The notes under the pieces: generated by a model
Seen by the model: the letters and a program-made list of their open reading frames with translations, nothing else
What the model was told of the DNA's origin: nothing
Databases searched by the model: none
Assembly: GCA_043804895.1 (NCBI GenBank)
Contig: JAZDIN010000004.1
Coordinates: 8,887 to 72,886 of the forward strand
DNA: 64,000 bases
Direction: 5' to 3'
From: Candidatus Altiarchaeota archaeon
GTDB taxonomy: Archaea; Altiarchaeota; Altiarchaeia; IMC4; SCGC-AAA252-I15
Program-made: the position numbers and the translations under genes
In this document: one piece after another, positions 1 to 9,152 of the stretch
Layout: every line of letters begins with the position of its first letter
Numbering within the stretch: position 1 is the stretch's first letter

Positions 1-799
1 TAATCTCGGAGTTCAGTTTCTTCGCAAGCAGCTTAAACGACTTCACCTTCGGATCGTATTTCACAGGGAAGCCGCCGCCGATGTCGAGTATCTTAATCCT
101 CTGCCCCGCCCTCGTCTCAGCCTCCCTTATGATGTTGGCGGAAAGCTGCAGCGCCTGGATGTAGTTCTCGAAGTTCGTGCACTGGCTTCCTACGTGGAAG
201 CTCAACCCCTCAACGACGAGGCCCATGTCGAACGCCGCAAGTATGAGGTCCACCGCTTCGCCTGGGTGTGCCCCGAATTTCGGGGAGAGCTCGACCATGG
301 AGCCGGTGTTCGGGACCCTGAGCCTGAGGGCGATTCCGGTGTTTGGGGCGTGCCTTTTAATCTTCTTCAACTCCTCGATGTTGTCGAATGTGACCAGGGG
401 CTTGTACTTGTCGAGCGCTTCCAGCGTCTCGATGGGTTTTATCGTGTTCGCGTATATTATCTTGTCCCATATCCACTGCTGCCTTTGCCGGGCTGGCATG
501 CGTTTTATGTTCTCGTAGACTATCATGAACTCCGGCATGGACGCAACGTCGAAGCTTGAGCCCATGTCGAAGAGCGTCTTCACAATAGCTGGGTCAGGAT
601 TAGCCTTGACTGCGTAATACGCCTGAACGAGCGGCAGGTACTTTCTGAATTCCCTGTAGTTGCTTCTTATCCTCTCGTGGTCGATTACGAATATGGGGGT
701 CCCGTGTTCCCTTGCCAGATCCTTAAGAAGACTCCGCTTAGCGCGGCCGGCATGGTACACTCCGTTGCCCTCCCCGTTGCTTGTATCCTCAGCCTTCAT
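1..799 (-). CDS. PLP-dependent ornithine/arginine/lysine decarboxylase family (group IV, ODC-like). N-terminal ~266 aa only; the 3' end runs off the window.
   Basis: Absent from the supplied track because it is truncated. My own minus-strand translation from the ATG at 799..797 reads MKAEDTSNGEGNGVYHAGRAKRSLLKDLAREHGTPIFVIDHERIRSNYREFRKYLPLVQAYYAVKANPDPAIVKTLFDMGSSFDVAS...SFHVGSQ...ILDIGGGFP. YAVKAN (PLP lysine), HVGSQ and GGGFP are family motifs. The start lies 18 nt downstream of the hss stop. Confidence 0.8.
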   Translation of the reverse strand, partial: MKAEDTSNGEGNGVYHAGRAKRSLLKDLAREHGTPIFVIDHERIRSNYREFRKYLPLVQAYYAVKANPDPAIVKTLFDMGSSFDVASMPEFMIVYENIKRMPARQRQQWIWDKIIYANTIKPIETLEALDKYKPLVTFDNIEELKKIKRHAPNTGIALRLRVPNTGSMVELSPKFGAHPGEAVDLILAAFDMGLVVEGLSFHVGSQCTNFENYIQALQLSANIIREAETRAGQRIKILDIGGGFPVKYDPKVKSFKLLAKKLNSEI

Positions 800-816
800 T
801 TCCCTATTATTGCCCG

Positions 817-2280
817 TCACTGCACGAACAGGAAGTTCTTGAACTGCCATACATCTTCTGGGTCATATTCGTTTGCCTGGTTCTCCTTGAAGTACACCAG
901 CCTGTTCTTCAGCGGAGTCCAATCGGACGCTCCTGAATGGAATCTGCCCAAGTACGGCTTCGCTATCTTAAGCACGTAGTCGTGGGGGAGGTCGTCAGGA
1001 AGGCAGAACCCCTTCTTCGGATTCTCAATCATCCACATTACCGCCGCTATGACGCCCAACGCAACCTGTATTGTCGTCGCATTCTCCCCTGGAGCGAGCT
1101 TCCTCGACTCCTCTATTGAGAGTATGCTGCCGCACCACCATGAATTGTACGGGTGGCCCATGAGGAGTGCGCCGAGTATGTCCGCGCCGGAGGTTATCTC
1201 CGCATCGTCCATGACCCTCAGCCTCGACTGCATCTCGTAGTTGTTGCACCGAAGCTCATGCAACGACACGATGGTCGCATCACAGGGCATGTAGGCGTAA
1301 TGCACCGTCGGCCTGTAAACGGCTTGGCCCCCCTCCCAGACAGTCCACCTGTCGGAGATTCCGAACGCCTCCCCGTGCCTTATCACCATCCCCACAATTT
1401 CCTGGTTGGGTATCCATGAGCGAACCCACGTGTTCATCCCCATCTGGGCTAGCATAATCTGGTTCTTCGGCCCGGTCTGGGGAGCGTGTGCGAGCCTCGG
1501 GAGCTCATTCTCGTGCGTGCCCCAACCCATCTCCGCAGGGGCGGTGCCCTCCTCCCTGAGGCCTTCGATGCTCCATGTGCCGACGAATTCATCAACCTCC
1601 TTCGGTTTGTCTGATATTTGGGTGTCCCGTTCAGAGCAGTGGATGACTTTCACCCCCACCTCCATTGCGAGTTCCGGGAACCTCCGCTCCTTGATGAGCG
1701 TTCTCATCCTGTCTGGGTCTTTCACCTTCCCGTCCTTTACCATCCTTTCCGCTATGTCGATGAGCCCCTGTTTTGCGAAATGGGAGATGAGGCCTGGGTT
1801 GGCGCCGTGGTCTACGACGAAGGTAGTCGCGTCCTTCCAGTCTTTTGTGAGCTCCCTCAGCTTCATCTGCCTGAAGTAGAGCGACTTCTCATAGGGTGTT
1901 GCGGTGAACCTCTCACCGTACGAGTCCCACACTTCCACGGAGGTGTTGGCGTAAAGCACCTCATGGTCGTGACACCACTTGACTATCTCACAGCAGTCTA
2001 TGTTCCAGGCGAGGTCTATGAGTAGTCCGCCGGGGGACAAATGTTTGGAAAGTTCAGTGTCAAGGTTCTTGGGGGTTATCTTCCGCCTGTAGAATCTGAG
2101 GCCCTTCCTCGTCCACGGCTTCAGCTCCTTCGCTTTGTCCTTGAAGTCTAGTATCGTGACATTTTGGAGGGGCACCTTCACGTGCTTGAGGAGTATGGGC
2201 AGCGCGCACTTGGACACTGCACCGTAGCCGATTATCAGGACCTTGTTCTTGAACCCTATCGTTTTAACTTTTCTTACCAT
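817..2280 (-). CDS. hss: Homospermidine synthase, bacterial type (saccharopine dehydrogenase-like fold)
   Basis: 487-aa ORF with an N-terminal Rossmann motif (IIGYGAVSK). Blocks match my recollection of bacterial HSS: ERDTQ, AVYRPTVHYAYMPC, SLHE, WWCGSILSIEESRKLAPGENATTIQV, and a C-terminal VWQFKNFL. Confidence 0.85.
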   Translation of the reverse strand: MVRKVKTIGFKNKVLIIGYGAVSKCALPILLKHVKVPLQNVTILDFKDKAKELKPWTRKGLRFYRRKITPKNLDTELSKHLSPGGLLIDLAWNIDCCEIVKWCHDHEVLYANTSVEVWDSYGERFTATPYEKSLYFRQMKLRELTKDWKDATTFVVDHGANPGLISHFAKQGLIDIAERMVKDGKVKDPDRMRTLIKERRFPELAMEVGVKVIHCSERDTQISDKPKEVDEFVGTWSIEGLREEGTAPAEMGWGTHENELPRLAHAPQTGPKNQIMLAQMGMNTWVRSWIPNQEIVGMVIRHGEAFGISDRWTVWEGGQAVYRPTVHYAYMPCDATIVSLHELRCNNYEMQSRLRVMDDAEITSGADILGALLMGHPYNSWWCGSILSIEESRKLAPGENATTIQVALGVIAAVMWMIENPKKGFCLPDDLPHDYVLKIAKPYLGRFHSGASDWTPLKNRLVYFKENQANEYDPEDVWQFKNFLFVQ

Positions 2281-2324
2281 CTGTTGTCAAGGTTATGTGT
2301 CTTGAGGATTAATAACGTGTCTTG

Positions 2325-3356
2325 TCATCCCTTGTGCTGTGCTGCTGGTGGCTCGTGACCGTGGGTGAGGTACTCCTCCTTGAACATCTCCAACATTAGG
2401 AACGAATATGAGAGCAGGAGTGGGCCGACTACGATGCCGAGGACTCCGAAGTAGCTGACTCCGATGAAGAATCCTATGAGGGACACGAGTGGGTGCATCC
2501 TCGAGACCTTCAACTGGATGAACGGCCTCATTAGGCTGTCGGCGTTGGTGAGTATGGCTCCCCAGACGAGTATGCCGACTCCGGCGTAGATGTTGCCTGA
2601 GAGTATCTTCAGTATGCCTGCTGGGCCCCATATCATGGGGGTGCCGAAGAAGGGTAGCATGGATAATACGGACCCTACGAACCCCCAGAAAACCGGGTCC
2701 GGGATTCCGAAGAAGTGGAAGCCGGCCGCAAGGAGGGCGCCGTGTCCTATCCCCACAGCCACCTGACCTATGATGGTGCTTTTGGTGACGCTTGACACCT
2801 CCTGTGCGAGCCTCATCGTGTTCTTCTCGTTGAACGGGGATATGGATGCAGCTATCTTTCGGAGGTTGTGGTGGTTCACAAGCATGTAGTAGAAGATGAA
2901 GTACATTATGGTGATGTTGACGATGGTGTGGGTGAATCCAAGTATCATGGAGAATATCTGGTCGCGTATTAACTCCCCGATTTTCGGCAGCTGCCCCTTT
3001 AGCATGTCCCCGAGGTTGATGCCAGGGAACAGGCTGTTCGCCGCATCAAGCGACTTCGTCAGGGCGTCGACGTTGGATACCGCTGTTTTGACTTCGTTTA
3101 CGAGGAGGCCCATCAAGTAGAGGAACGGGAGCGTTATCAGGAATATGGAGAACACTATCACTGAGAGCGCGGAGAATGTTTTCCCCAGCCTCCATTTTTC
3201 AGTGAGCCTGATATAGAGGGGCTTGAAGAGGGTGTAGAGGATTATCGCCCCGAACAGCCCGTTGACGTACGGAATCGCGGCCCAGATGAGGAACGCCACC
3301 AGAGCAACAATCAAGGCGGACGCATACGTCCGTTTCAAGTCCATGCAATCACCCAT
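2325..3356 (-). CDS. AI-2E family transporter (PerM/UPF0118-like membrane protein)
   Basis: 343 aa and highly hydrophobic, with about 8 TM segments. Length and sequence pattern are typical of the AI-2E/PerM family. Confidence 0.7.
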   Translation of the reverse strand: MGDCMDLKRTYASALIVALVAFLIWAAIPYVNGLFGAIILYTLFKPLYIRLTEKWRLGKTFSALSVIVFSIFLITLPFLYLMGLLVNEVKTAVSNVDALTKSLDAANSLFPGINLGDMLKGQLPKIGELIRDQIFSMILGFTHTIVNITIMYFIFYYMLVNHHNLRKIAASISPFNEKNTMRLAQEVSSVTKSTIIGQVAVGIGHGALLAAGFHFFGIPDPVFWGFVGSVLSMLPFFGTPMIWGPAGILKILSGNIYAGVGILVWGAILTNADSLMRPFIQLKVSRMHPLVSLIGFFIGVSYFGVLGIVVGPLLLSYSFLMLEMFKEEYLTHGHEPPAAQHKG

Positions 3357-3436
3357 TACGTTATTATACTATGGACCGCACGACTAAAAGGCAACCTTAT
3401 ATACCCTCCTGCCAAATTATTCTCAGCAGGTGTGCC

Positions 3437-3691
3437 ATGAAAGCTAAGAAAAGTCCAAAGGAGAACAACCCGCCGCTGAAGCCGAAGACGCTGGTGAGCA
3501 TATACAAGGAGCTGGCCTTCGGAGACGATGTGCGCATAATAAAGGCGAAAGTCCCAAGCTACGACAAGAGGGAGAGCTCAATAATCTCAGACGGCCTTTG
3601 GGTCGGCGTCCCGACCGGTAAGGACAGATGGGGCGTGTGGATCTACAGGTACGACAAAAAAGGAGGCCTCACGAAGCTGAAGGACAGGTGA
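3437..3691 (+). CDS. Hypothetical small basic protein (84 aa from the internal ATG; the track ORF starts at 3371)
   Basis: ORF 3371..3691. MKAKKSPKENN at 3437 is the more plausible start. No recognisable motif. Confidence 0.4.
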   Translation: MKAKKSPKENNPPLKPKTLVSIYKELAFGDDVRIIKAKVPSYDKRESSIISDGLWVGVPTGKDRWGVWIYRYDKKGGLTKLKDR

Positions 3692-3695
3692 GGTT

Positions 3696-4040
3696 TCAGC
3701 CGACCCTGAAGTAGTCGTCTTCGACGCGGATTACGTCTTCAAGTTCGGTAGTGCTTACTTCGACTATCCTCGCATTCTCCAGCGCCTCCACCCTGTGTCT
3801 GACGCCTGGTTTTATTGTGACTGAGCTTCCTTCAGGCAGTATTTTTTCCTCTGAGCCTAATGTCAGCTTAACCCGGCCGGAGAGGACGTACATGGTCTCC
3901 TTCTTCTTCTCATGGTATTGTAGGCTGAGCCTGCACCCCCTCTTGACTTCCAGCAGCTTGCCAACGTACTCGCCCTCTAAGGCGAAGTGGACCTCGCGGC
4001 CCCAAGGCTTCTCAACGACCCTGACCCTGTTCAAATCCAT
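3696..4040 (-). CDS. Cupin-domain protein (type II phosphomannose isomerase-like cupin)
   Basis: 114 aa. The pattern KPWGREV...SLQYHEKKKETMYVLSG...PGVRHR matches the PMI-type cupin signature (WG.E, QYH..R.E.W.V..G). Confidence 0.65.
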   Translation of the reverse strand: MDLNRVRVVEKPWGREVHFALEGEYVGKLLEVKRGCRLSLQYHEKKKETMYVLSGRVKLTLGSEEKILPEGSSVTIKPGVRHRVEALENARIVEVSTTELEDVIRVEDDYFRVG

Positions 4041-4254
4041 TGGAATATATTAGGGGGAGGGAAAATAAGAGCCCGAACGGGGCGAATAAGTATAGGGTTA
4101 TGTGTGGGGATTCTTTGTTTAGGCTAAATTCTCTGTCTACTACTCGTCGTTAATGTGGGTGGTTTAAACGTTAATGAGATGTCAAGGAGGAGTTGGAATG
4201 TTGCCTGGCTGAAAAAATACTTTAATGGTCTAATCGGGTAATACTCTAAGAGGT

Positions 4255-5364
4255 TTGAAATTGGATTTGTCAGCTTTTGGATGGGATAATGAGTTTGAAA
4301 ACAGTTTCCAGCTTTTTAGGGAGATGGGACTTTTACCTGCTCGGATCATTGAACCTAACCGGCTTTTTTATAAGTTAATCTCCGAAAAAGGTGAAGTAAA
4401 TGGGAAATTATCCGGAAAATTCATTTACGACTGTCATTCCAAAGCTGATTTCCCTACAGTAGGGGATTGGATTGCGTTCAAACCAGACGTTCATAAGGGA
4501 TTTGTCTCTATTTCGGGGATGCTAGATAGGAGAAGCAAGTTCTCGCGAAAAGTCGCGGGCAAAACCTCACAGGAGCAGGTTATCGCAGCAAACATCGACA
4601 CGATCTTTGTCGTGAGCGGACTGGATAGGGATTTTAACCTAAGACGGCTCGAACGGTACATAGCCCTCGCAGCTGACAGTAACGCAGAACTAGTCTTTAT
4701 CTTAAACAAGGCGGATCTATGCAAGGATTTACGGAAAGTGACTTCAGAGGTTGAGGGACTGTTAAAAGATGCAAAGGTATACGTGTTAAGTGCTCTGAAT
4801 AATGAGGGTATGGCTCAGCTTACACCCCACCTCAAGGCCGGTAAAACAGTTGTTTTTTTAGGCTCTTCTGGAGCGGGCAAATCGACAATCATCAATCGCT
4901 TGTTGGGCGAAGAAAGGCAGAAAACGGGGGATGTCAGTACCCATGATGGGCGGGGAATGCATATTACAACCTCCAGAAGCCTCATATTATTGCCAAGCGG
5001 CGCCATAGTAATCGACACACCGGGTTTAAGAGAACTGCAGCTTCTATGTAGCGGTGAAGGCCTAAAGAACGCATTCTCAGACATCGAACAGTACGCTAGC
5101 GAATGTAAGTACAAAACTTGCACGCACACGAATGAGCAAGGATGCGCTGTCTTATTGGCAGTGTCTGAGGGCCGGATAACTGAGGGGAGATTGATTAACT
5201 ATCACAAATTAAAGCGGGAAATAACGTACAATCTTTCCCGGCATGAGAAACAATTCAAGAATAAGCGAGGGAAACGCTGGAAGACCGTAAGTAAACAATC
5301 GAAACTCCTCAAAAAAGACAAAGGAAGTATCCAAGAGGAATGGTTGGGGGCTGTCGACTATTGA
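4255..5364 (+). CDS. rsgA: Ribosome small-subunit biogenesis GTPase RsgA/YjeQ (circularly permuted GTPase)
   Basis: TTG start preceded by GAGG. Motif order is G4 NKADL, then G1 GSSGAGKST, then G3 DTPG, which is the permuted order. A C-terminal Zn cluster reads CKYKTCTHTNEQGC. The region looks AT-richer by eye. Confidence 0.85.
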   Translation: MKLDLSAFGWDNEFENSFQLFREMGLLPARIIEPNRLFYKLISEKGEVNGKLSGKFIYDCHSKADFPTVGDWIAFKPDVHKGFVSISGMLDRRSKFSRKVAGKTSQEQVIAANIDTIFVVSGLDRDFNLRRLERYIALAADSNAELVFILNKADLCKDLRKVTSEVEGLLKDAKVYVLSALNNEGMAQLTPHLKAGKTVVFLGSSGAGKSTIINRLLGEERQKTGDVSTHDGRGMHITTSRSLILLPSGAIVIDTPGLRELQLLCSGEGLKNAFSDIEQYASECKYKTCTHTNEQGCAVLLAVSEGRITEGRLINYHKLKREITYNLSRHEKQFKNKRGKRWKTVSKQSKLLKKDKGSIQEEWLGAVDY

Positions 5365-5443
5365 CCAGATCCGTGTACCCTATTTCCCCATCCCCAAATC
5401 CCCATGATTTTAAAGTCCTACGACCTACTCAGAAAGAGCATAT

Positions 5444-5528
5444 GACTACAGGCGCAGGGGAGGTAGTCATACAGAGTATCCCCACTTAAACTAAACATAC
5501 TGTCCAACACCTAATCGGGGCGACCTAT
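5444..5528 (+). repeat. R-family repeat, copy R1 (full length, with the 9-bp-stem hairpin)
   Basis: tatgactac (5441-5449) and gtagtcata (5463-5471) form a 9-bp stem around a 13-nt loop. Downstream come tcccc-acttaaa and the core aatcggggcgac (5513-5524). About 80% identical to R4 by eye. Confidence 0.75.
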
Positions 5529-6478
5529 TAAAGGTTTAGCGACTGGACTTTTAGGGTGACTTTATCGTCACTTTTGCATTCGTTTATCTCAATCGTGATA
5601 TGCGTGAGCTCGTGAACCTTCTTTAATCTTTCCTTGTAGTATTTGACAGAGTATTTCCTGGCTGTTACGACAGAGATTATGCTGGCGTATTTTTCATCTG
5701 CCACCTGTAATAGGTGCAAATCGCAGACTTTTGAGTCTCCATCGGATTCTATTATCTCTTTGATGTCATTTGATAAAGAAGAAACCATCTTGTGATCTAG
5801 CAATATACTCGCGGAGTCCCTCAATAGCAATGCCGACCATCGGGCTATTAAAAAAGCGCCAACCAGCCCCATAACAGGGTCCAGCCAGTTAAGGTTATAA
5901 TACTTTGCCCCGAGCAAGGCTGTTATGGCGAATACGGACGTCAATGAATCCGCGATTACGTGAAGGTATGCAGAACGGAAGTTCAAATCGTCATGGTTGT
6001 GATGCTCATGAGTATAGGGTGTTGATCCCCTATTGAGTATGGCTATGCATACAAGGTTGACTATAAGGCCGATTATTGCCACGGCAATTGCCTCGTTGTA
6101 GATAATGTTCAAGGGGTGTATAAGTCGTTCGACTGAAGTATAAGCCATTATCACCGCAACCAATCCAAGAATTAAGGCGCTAGAATAGGCTCCAAGTATC
6201 TCGATTTTCCATGTACCAAATGTGAAGCGAGCATTTTCAGATTGTTTCCTAGCCACTGTGTAAGCTATAACCGATATGCCTAATGCAAACGCATGGGTTC
6301 CCATATGCCAACCATCAGCCAATAAAGCCATGGAGTGAGTAAGCCATCCAAACAGAATTTCGGCAATCATCATCAGGAACGTGATTGCCACCACGATTAA
6401 CGCCACCTTCTCCAGACTTTTCTTGTCCCTATTGAAAGAATGATGATGCTGCCACTCCATTAAATGACTATGGTGCAT
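5528..6478 (-). CDS. Cation diffusion facilitator (CDF) family metal efflux transporter
   Basis: 316 aa with 6 TM segments. It has a His-rich N-terminus (MHHSHLMEWQHHH), a His-rich loop (HEHHNHDD) and a C-terminal cytoplasmic domain, the typical CzcD/ZitB architecture. Confidence 0.85.
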   Translation of the reverse strand: MHHSHLMEWQHHHSFNRDKKSLEKVALIVVAITFLMMIAEILFGWLTHSMALLADGWHMGTHAFALGISVIAYTVARKQSENARFTFGTWKIEILGAYSSALILGLVAVIMAYTSVERLIHPLNIIYNEAIAVAIIGLIVNLVCIAILNRGSTPYTHEHHNHDDLNFRSAYLHVIADSLTSVFAITALLGAKYYNLNWLDPVMGLVGAFLIARWSALLLRDSASILLDHKMVSSLSNDIKEIIESDGDSKVCDLHLLQVADEKYASIISVVTARKYSVKYYKERLKKVHELTHITIEINECKSDDKVTLKVQSLNL

Positions 6479-6537
6479 AACAACAACTTTGAATCAAATA
6501 AAATAAATCATGTATCGCATCGATATGCTTACCTACA

Positions 6538-7221
6538 TCACCTCTTCTCAGCCACGCCACGCACAAATGAAAGAATTCTATTCTTAGTTTGGCCTGTTTC
6601 TATGTGTGTGAACCCAGCTTTCTCGAGCATTGAGGGTAGTTCCCTAATATCGTTATGTTCCATTGTATGGCCAAGTAGGAAAGCGACAATGAGTCTGCCA
6701 CGTACGTTCTTCGGTGGTTCAAAATCTGCTATAAAGATATTCCCTCCAGGTTTCAGGACCCGATAAATTTCGGTAAATGCCTTCTGCTTAAGTTCGTCGC
6801 CGGGCAGGTGATGGATCATCAGGCAGCTGAGGACGATGTCGAAGTAGCTGTCTGGGAAGGTCAAACCTTCCACAACACCAACCTGAAAAGCTACATCTAA
6901 GCCAACTTTAATAGCTTTTTCTTTGGCGACCCCTATCATCTGGGGTGAAGCGTCGACGCCGTGGACTTCCCCACTTGGGCCAACTTTGTGTTTGGCTGCA
7001 ATTGTAAGGGTTCCTGTGCCGCAACCCACGTCGAGTACTTTGATTCCGGCAGATAGTTCGACCTTTTCAATCGCAGCCTCCGCTGTACTCATCTTCTCGC
7101 CGATTAGCCGAAGAAAAAGCGAGTTGAACGAGTCATACATATTAGCCCACTTTATGATCACCCCCTTTGTCTTTGGTGTCTTGGCGAAATTGGGGTTATT
7201 CATGTCTGTGTATCTCCTCAT
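6538..7221 (-). CDS. Class I SAM-dependent methyltransferase (UbiE/COQ5-like)
   Basis: Motif I VLDVGCGTGTL, post-I DASPQM, and LKPGGNIFI. Confidence 0.75.
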   Translation of the reverse strand: MRRYTDMNNPNFAKTPKTKGVIIKWANMYDSFNSLFLRLIGEKMSTAEAAIEKVELSAGIKVLDVGCGTGTLTIAAKHKVGPSGEVHGVDASPQMIGVAKEKAIKVGLDVAFQVGVVEGLTFPDSYFDIVLSCLMIHHLPGDELKQKAFTEIYRVLKPGGNIFIADFEPPKNVRGRLIVAFLLGHTMEHNDIRELPSMLEKAGFTHIETGQTKNRILSFVRGVAEKR

Positions 7222-7325
7222 TCAGGTTAAGTCTATCTAATCTCCATTTCCCACTCTATGGTTATTAGATATTACACTATAAACAAGGAAGTTCAAAGTC
7301 ATGAAAAATGTGCCCCCCCCTCTAG

Positions 7326-7389
7326 GTAGCGTAGTCACATAGAGTATCCCCCACCTAAAACGAACAGATTCTTCTAGTCCCGATCGGAG
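7326..7389 (+). repeat. R-family repeat, copy R2 (degenerate 5' hairpin, intact 3' part)
   Basis: The sequence gcgtagtcacatagagtatcccccacctaaaacgaacagattcttctagtcccgatcggag aligns with R1 and R4. It ends 1 nt before the stop codon of the ABC permease. Confidence 0.7.
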
Positions 7390-8160
7390 TTATACTTTCA
7401 TCTTCTTGAAGGCGTATGTTCCTATGGCTATCATCAGCGCCGAGAATAGGGTTAACGCAGCGAAATCCAATATCATCGGGAATGCTGAGACGCCAAGCAG
7501 CGCGCCCCTGAGGCCGTCGACTGCATAAGTCGCGGGGTCCAACATGGTGAGCGGGGCCAGCCAGGGTGGCAGGTTGTCTATAGGGTAGAGGGCTCCGGAG
7601 AGGAAGAACATTGGGAATATCACGAAGCTTATCACCAGTTGGAATCCTTCGGGGCTTTCCATCTGCGACCCGATGATGAGGCCTACGCTGACCATGCCGG
7701 CGGTCGTCATGAGCATGAACGCCAACGCTATGGGGACTGACACGACATTCATATGTAGGCCGCTCATCATCCCTGTCGCGGACAGTATGAACCCGATGGT
7801 GAGGAGGATGACGGCCTGTATCACCGTCTCGGTTGAGCCGCCGACGACCTTCCCTATGAAGATTGACGTCCTGGACATGGGAGAGACGAGGACTTCCTTC
7901 AGGAAGTCCACCTTCTTGTCCCAGATTATGTACACACCGAAGAAGATGGATGAGAAAAGGACCGCCTGCACCAGCACGCCAGGGTAGATGAACGTCTGGT
8001 AGTCCATTCCGTTGACTGATACGAATGAGCCTATCCCGCCGCCGAGGAGCACGAACCAGAGCAACGGGTTTATGACCGAGGACACGGCCCTCGACTTCTC
8101 CCTCATGAACACCTTGGACTCCCTGTACCAGAGCGCGTAAATCCCCTTAAGCTGTATCAT
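7390..8160 (-). CDS. ABC-2 type transporter permease
   Basis: 256 aa with 6 TM segments, immediately downstream of the ABC ATPase on the same strand. Confidence 0.75.
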   Translation of the reverse strand: MIQLKGIYALWYRESKVFMREKSRAVSSVINPLLWFVLLGGGIGSFVSVNGMDYQTFIYPGVLVQAVLFSSIFFGVYIIWDKKVDFLKEVLVSPMSRTSIFIGKVVGGSTETVIQAVILLTIGFILSATGMMSGLHMNVVSVPIALAFMLMTTAGMVSVGLIIGSQMESPEGFQLVISFVIFPMFFLSGALYPIDNLPPWLAPLTMLDPATYAVDGLRGALLGVSAFPMILDFAALTLFSALMIAIGTYAFKKMKV

Positions 8161-8166
8161 AATCCG

Positions 8167-9108
8167 TCATCCTCCGTTGTGCAGTTCATCCCTTATCGCC
8201 CTCCCAGTGTATTTCATGAAGACGTCGTCAAGGTTCGGGGAGCGCACCTCCACCGACTCGACCCTGCCGGCCGCGGCAAGAACATCCTGCAGGTGTAAGC
8301 CGGCGTCCTCGACAGTGAGGCTGTATCCGCCCTCGAACTTCTTCACGTCAGCGACGTAGTCTAATGCCTCCAGGGCTTTCACATTCAACTTCTTTGCTTT
8401 AAGCTTTATTATGTCTCCGCCGAGGTTCCTCTTCAACCTCTTCGGAGAGTCCAACACTGCGACCTTCCCGTGGTCTATTATCGCCAGCCTGTCGCACAGC
8501 CTGTCGGCCTCCTCCATGTAGTGGGTGGTGATTACGACTGTGATTTTCTCCTTCTTCGCTAGATCTGTTATGAACTCCCAGACGCGGTCCCTCGACTGCG
8601 GGTCCAATCCGATGGTCGGCTCATCAAGTAGCATGACCTTCGGGTGGTGTATCAGTCCCCTTGCGATTTCCAGGCGCCTTCGCATGCCGCCGGAATATTT
8701 TTTAACGATGTCGTCCTTCCTGCCTGTGAGTTCGACAAGCTCCAATGCGTCGGCAATCCTCTCCTCGCTCAACCTCCCTGGCATCCCGTAAAGCCACCCG
8801 TGCAATTTCAGGTTCTCGTATCCTGTGAGAAGCTCGTCTGAGCTTGGCTCCTGGAAGACTATCCCGATGGACTCCCTCACCCTCGATGGCTCTTTGACTA
8901 TGTCGAACCCGTTAACCAACGCAGTCCCTGAAGTCGGAGGAATAAGCGTCGTCAGCATGAGAAGGGCTGTGGTCTTTCCCGCGCCATTCGGACCCAAGAG
9001 GCCGAATATCTCGCCCTCCCTGACCTTAAGGTTGAGGTCGTCGACAGCCGTTATCCCCCCGTACCTCTTCGACAGGCTGACCGTCTCTATAGCGCGCATG
9101 GAAGCCAC
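8167..9108 (-). CDS. ABC transporter ATP-binding protein (DrrA/ABC-2 exporter type)
   Basis: Walker A GPNGAGKTT, signature SGGMRRR, Walker B VMLLDEPTIGLD, and an H-loop TTHYMEE. Confidence 0.9.
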   Translation of the reverse strand: MASMRAIETVSLSKRYGGITAVDDLNLKVREGEIFGLLGPNGAGKTTALLMLTTLIPPTSGTALVNGFDIVKEPSRVRESIGIVFQEPSSDELLTGYENLKLHGWLYGMPGRLSEERIADALELVELTGRKDDIVKKYSGGMRRRLEIARGLIHHPKVMLLDEPTIGLDPQSRDRVWEFITDLAKKEKITVVITTHYMEEADRLCDRLAIIDHGKVAVLDSPKRLKRNLGGDIIKLKAKKLNVKALEALDYVADVKKFEGGYSLTVEDAGLHLQDVLAAAGRVESVEVRSPNLDDVFMKYTGRAIRDELHNGG

Positions 9109-9152
9109 TCACCAGATTAGAACCGACTGATTAATAAGTCTGCCCTCAGATA

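Noticed and set aside
177-979. + strand ORFs 177..518, 194..559, 660..842 and 677..979.
   Set aside because: They are antisense to the ODC-like decarboxylase (1..799) and to the 3' end of hss. The minus-strand translation has the PLP-decarboxylase motifs.
4069-7389. Calling the R-bounded islands an integron.
   Set aside because: There is no IntI-like integrase or attI in the window. The cassette genes are in mixed orientation. The repeats also lack the RYYYAAC/GTTRRRY boundary motifs of attC sites. I therefore describe the islands only as cassette-like.
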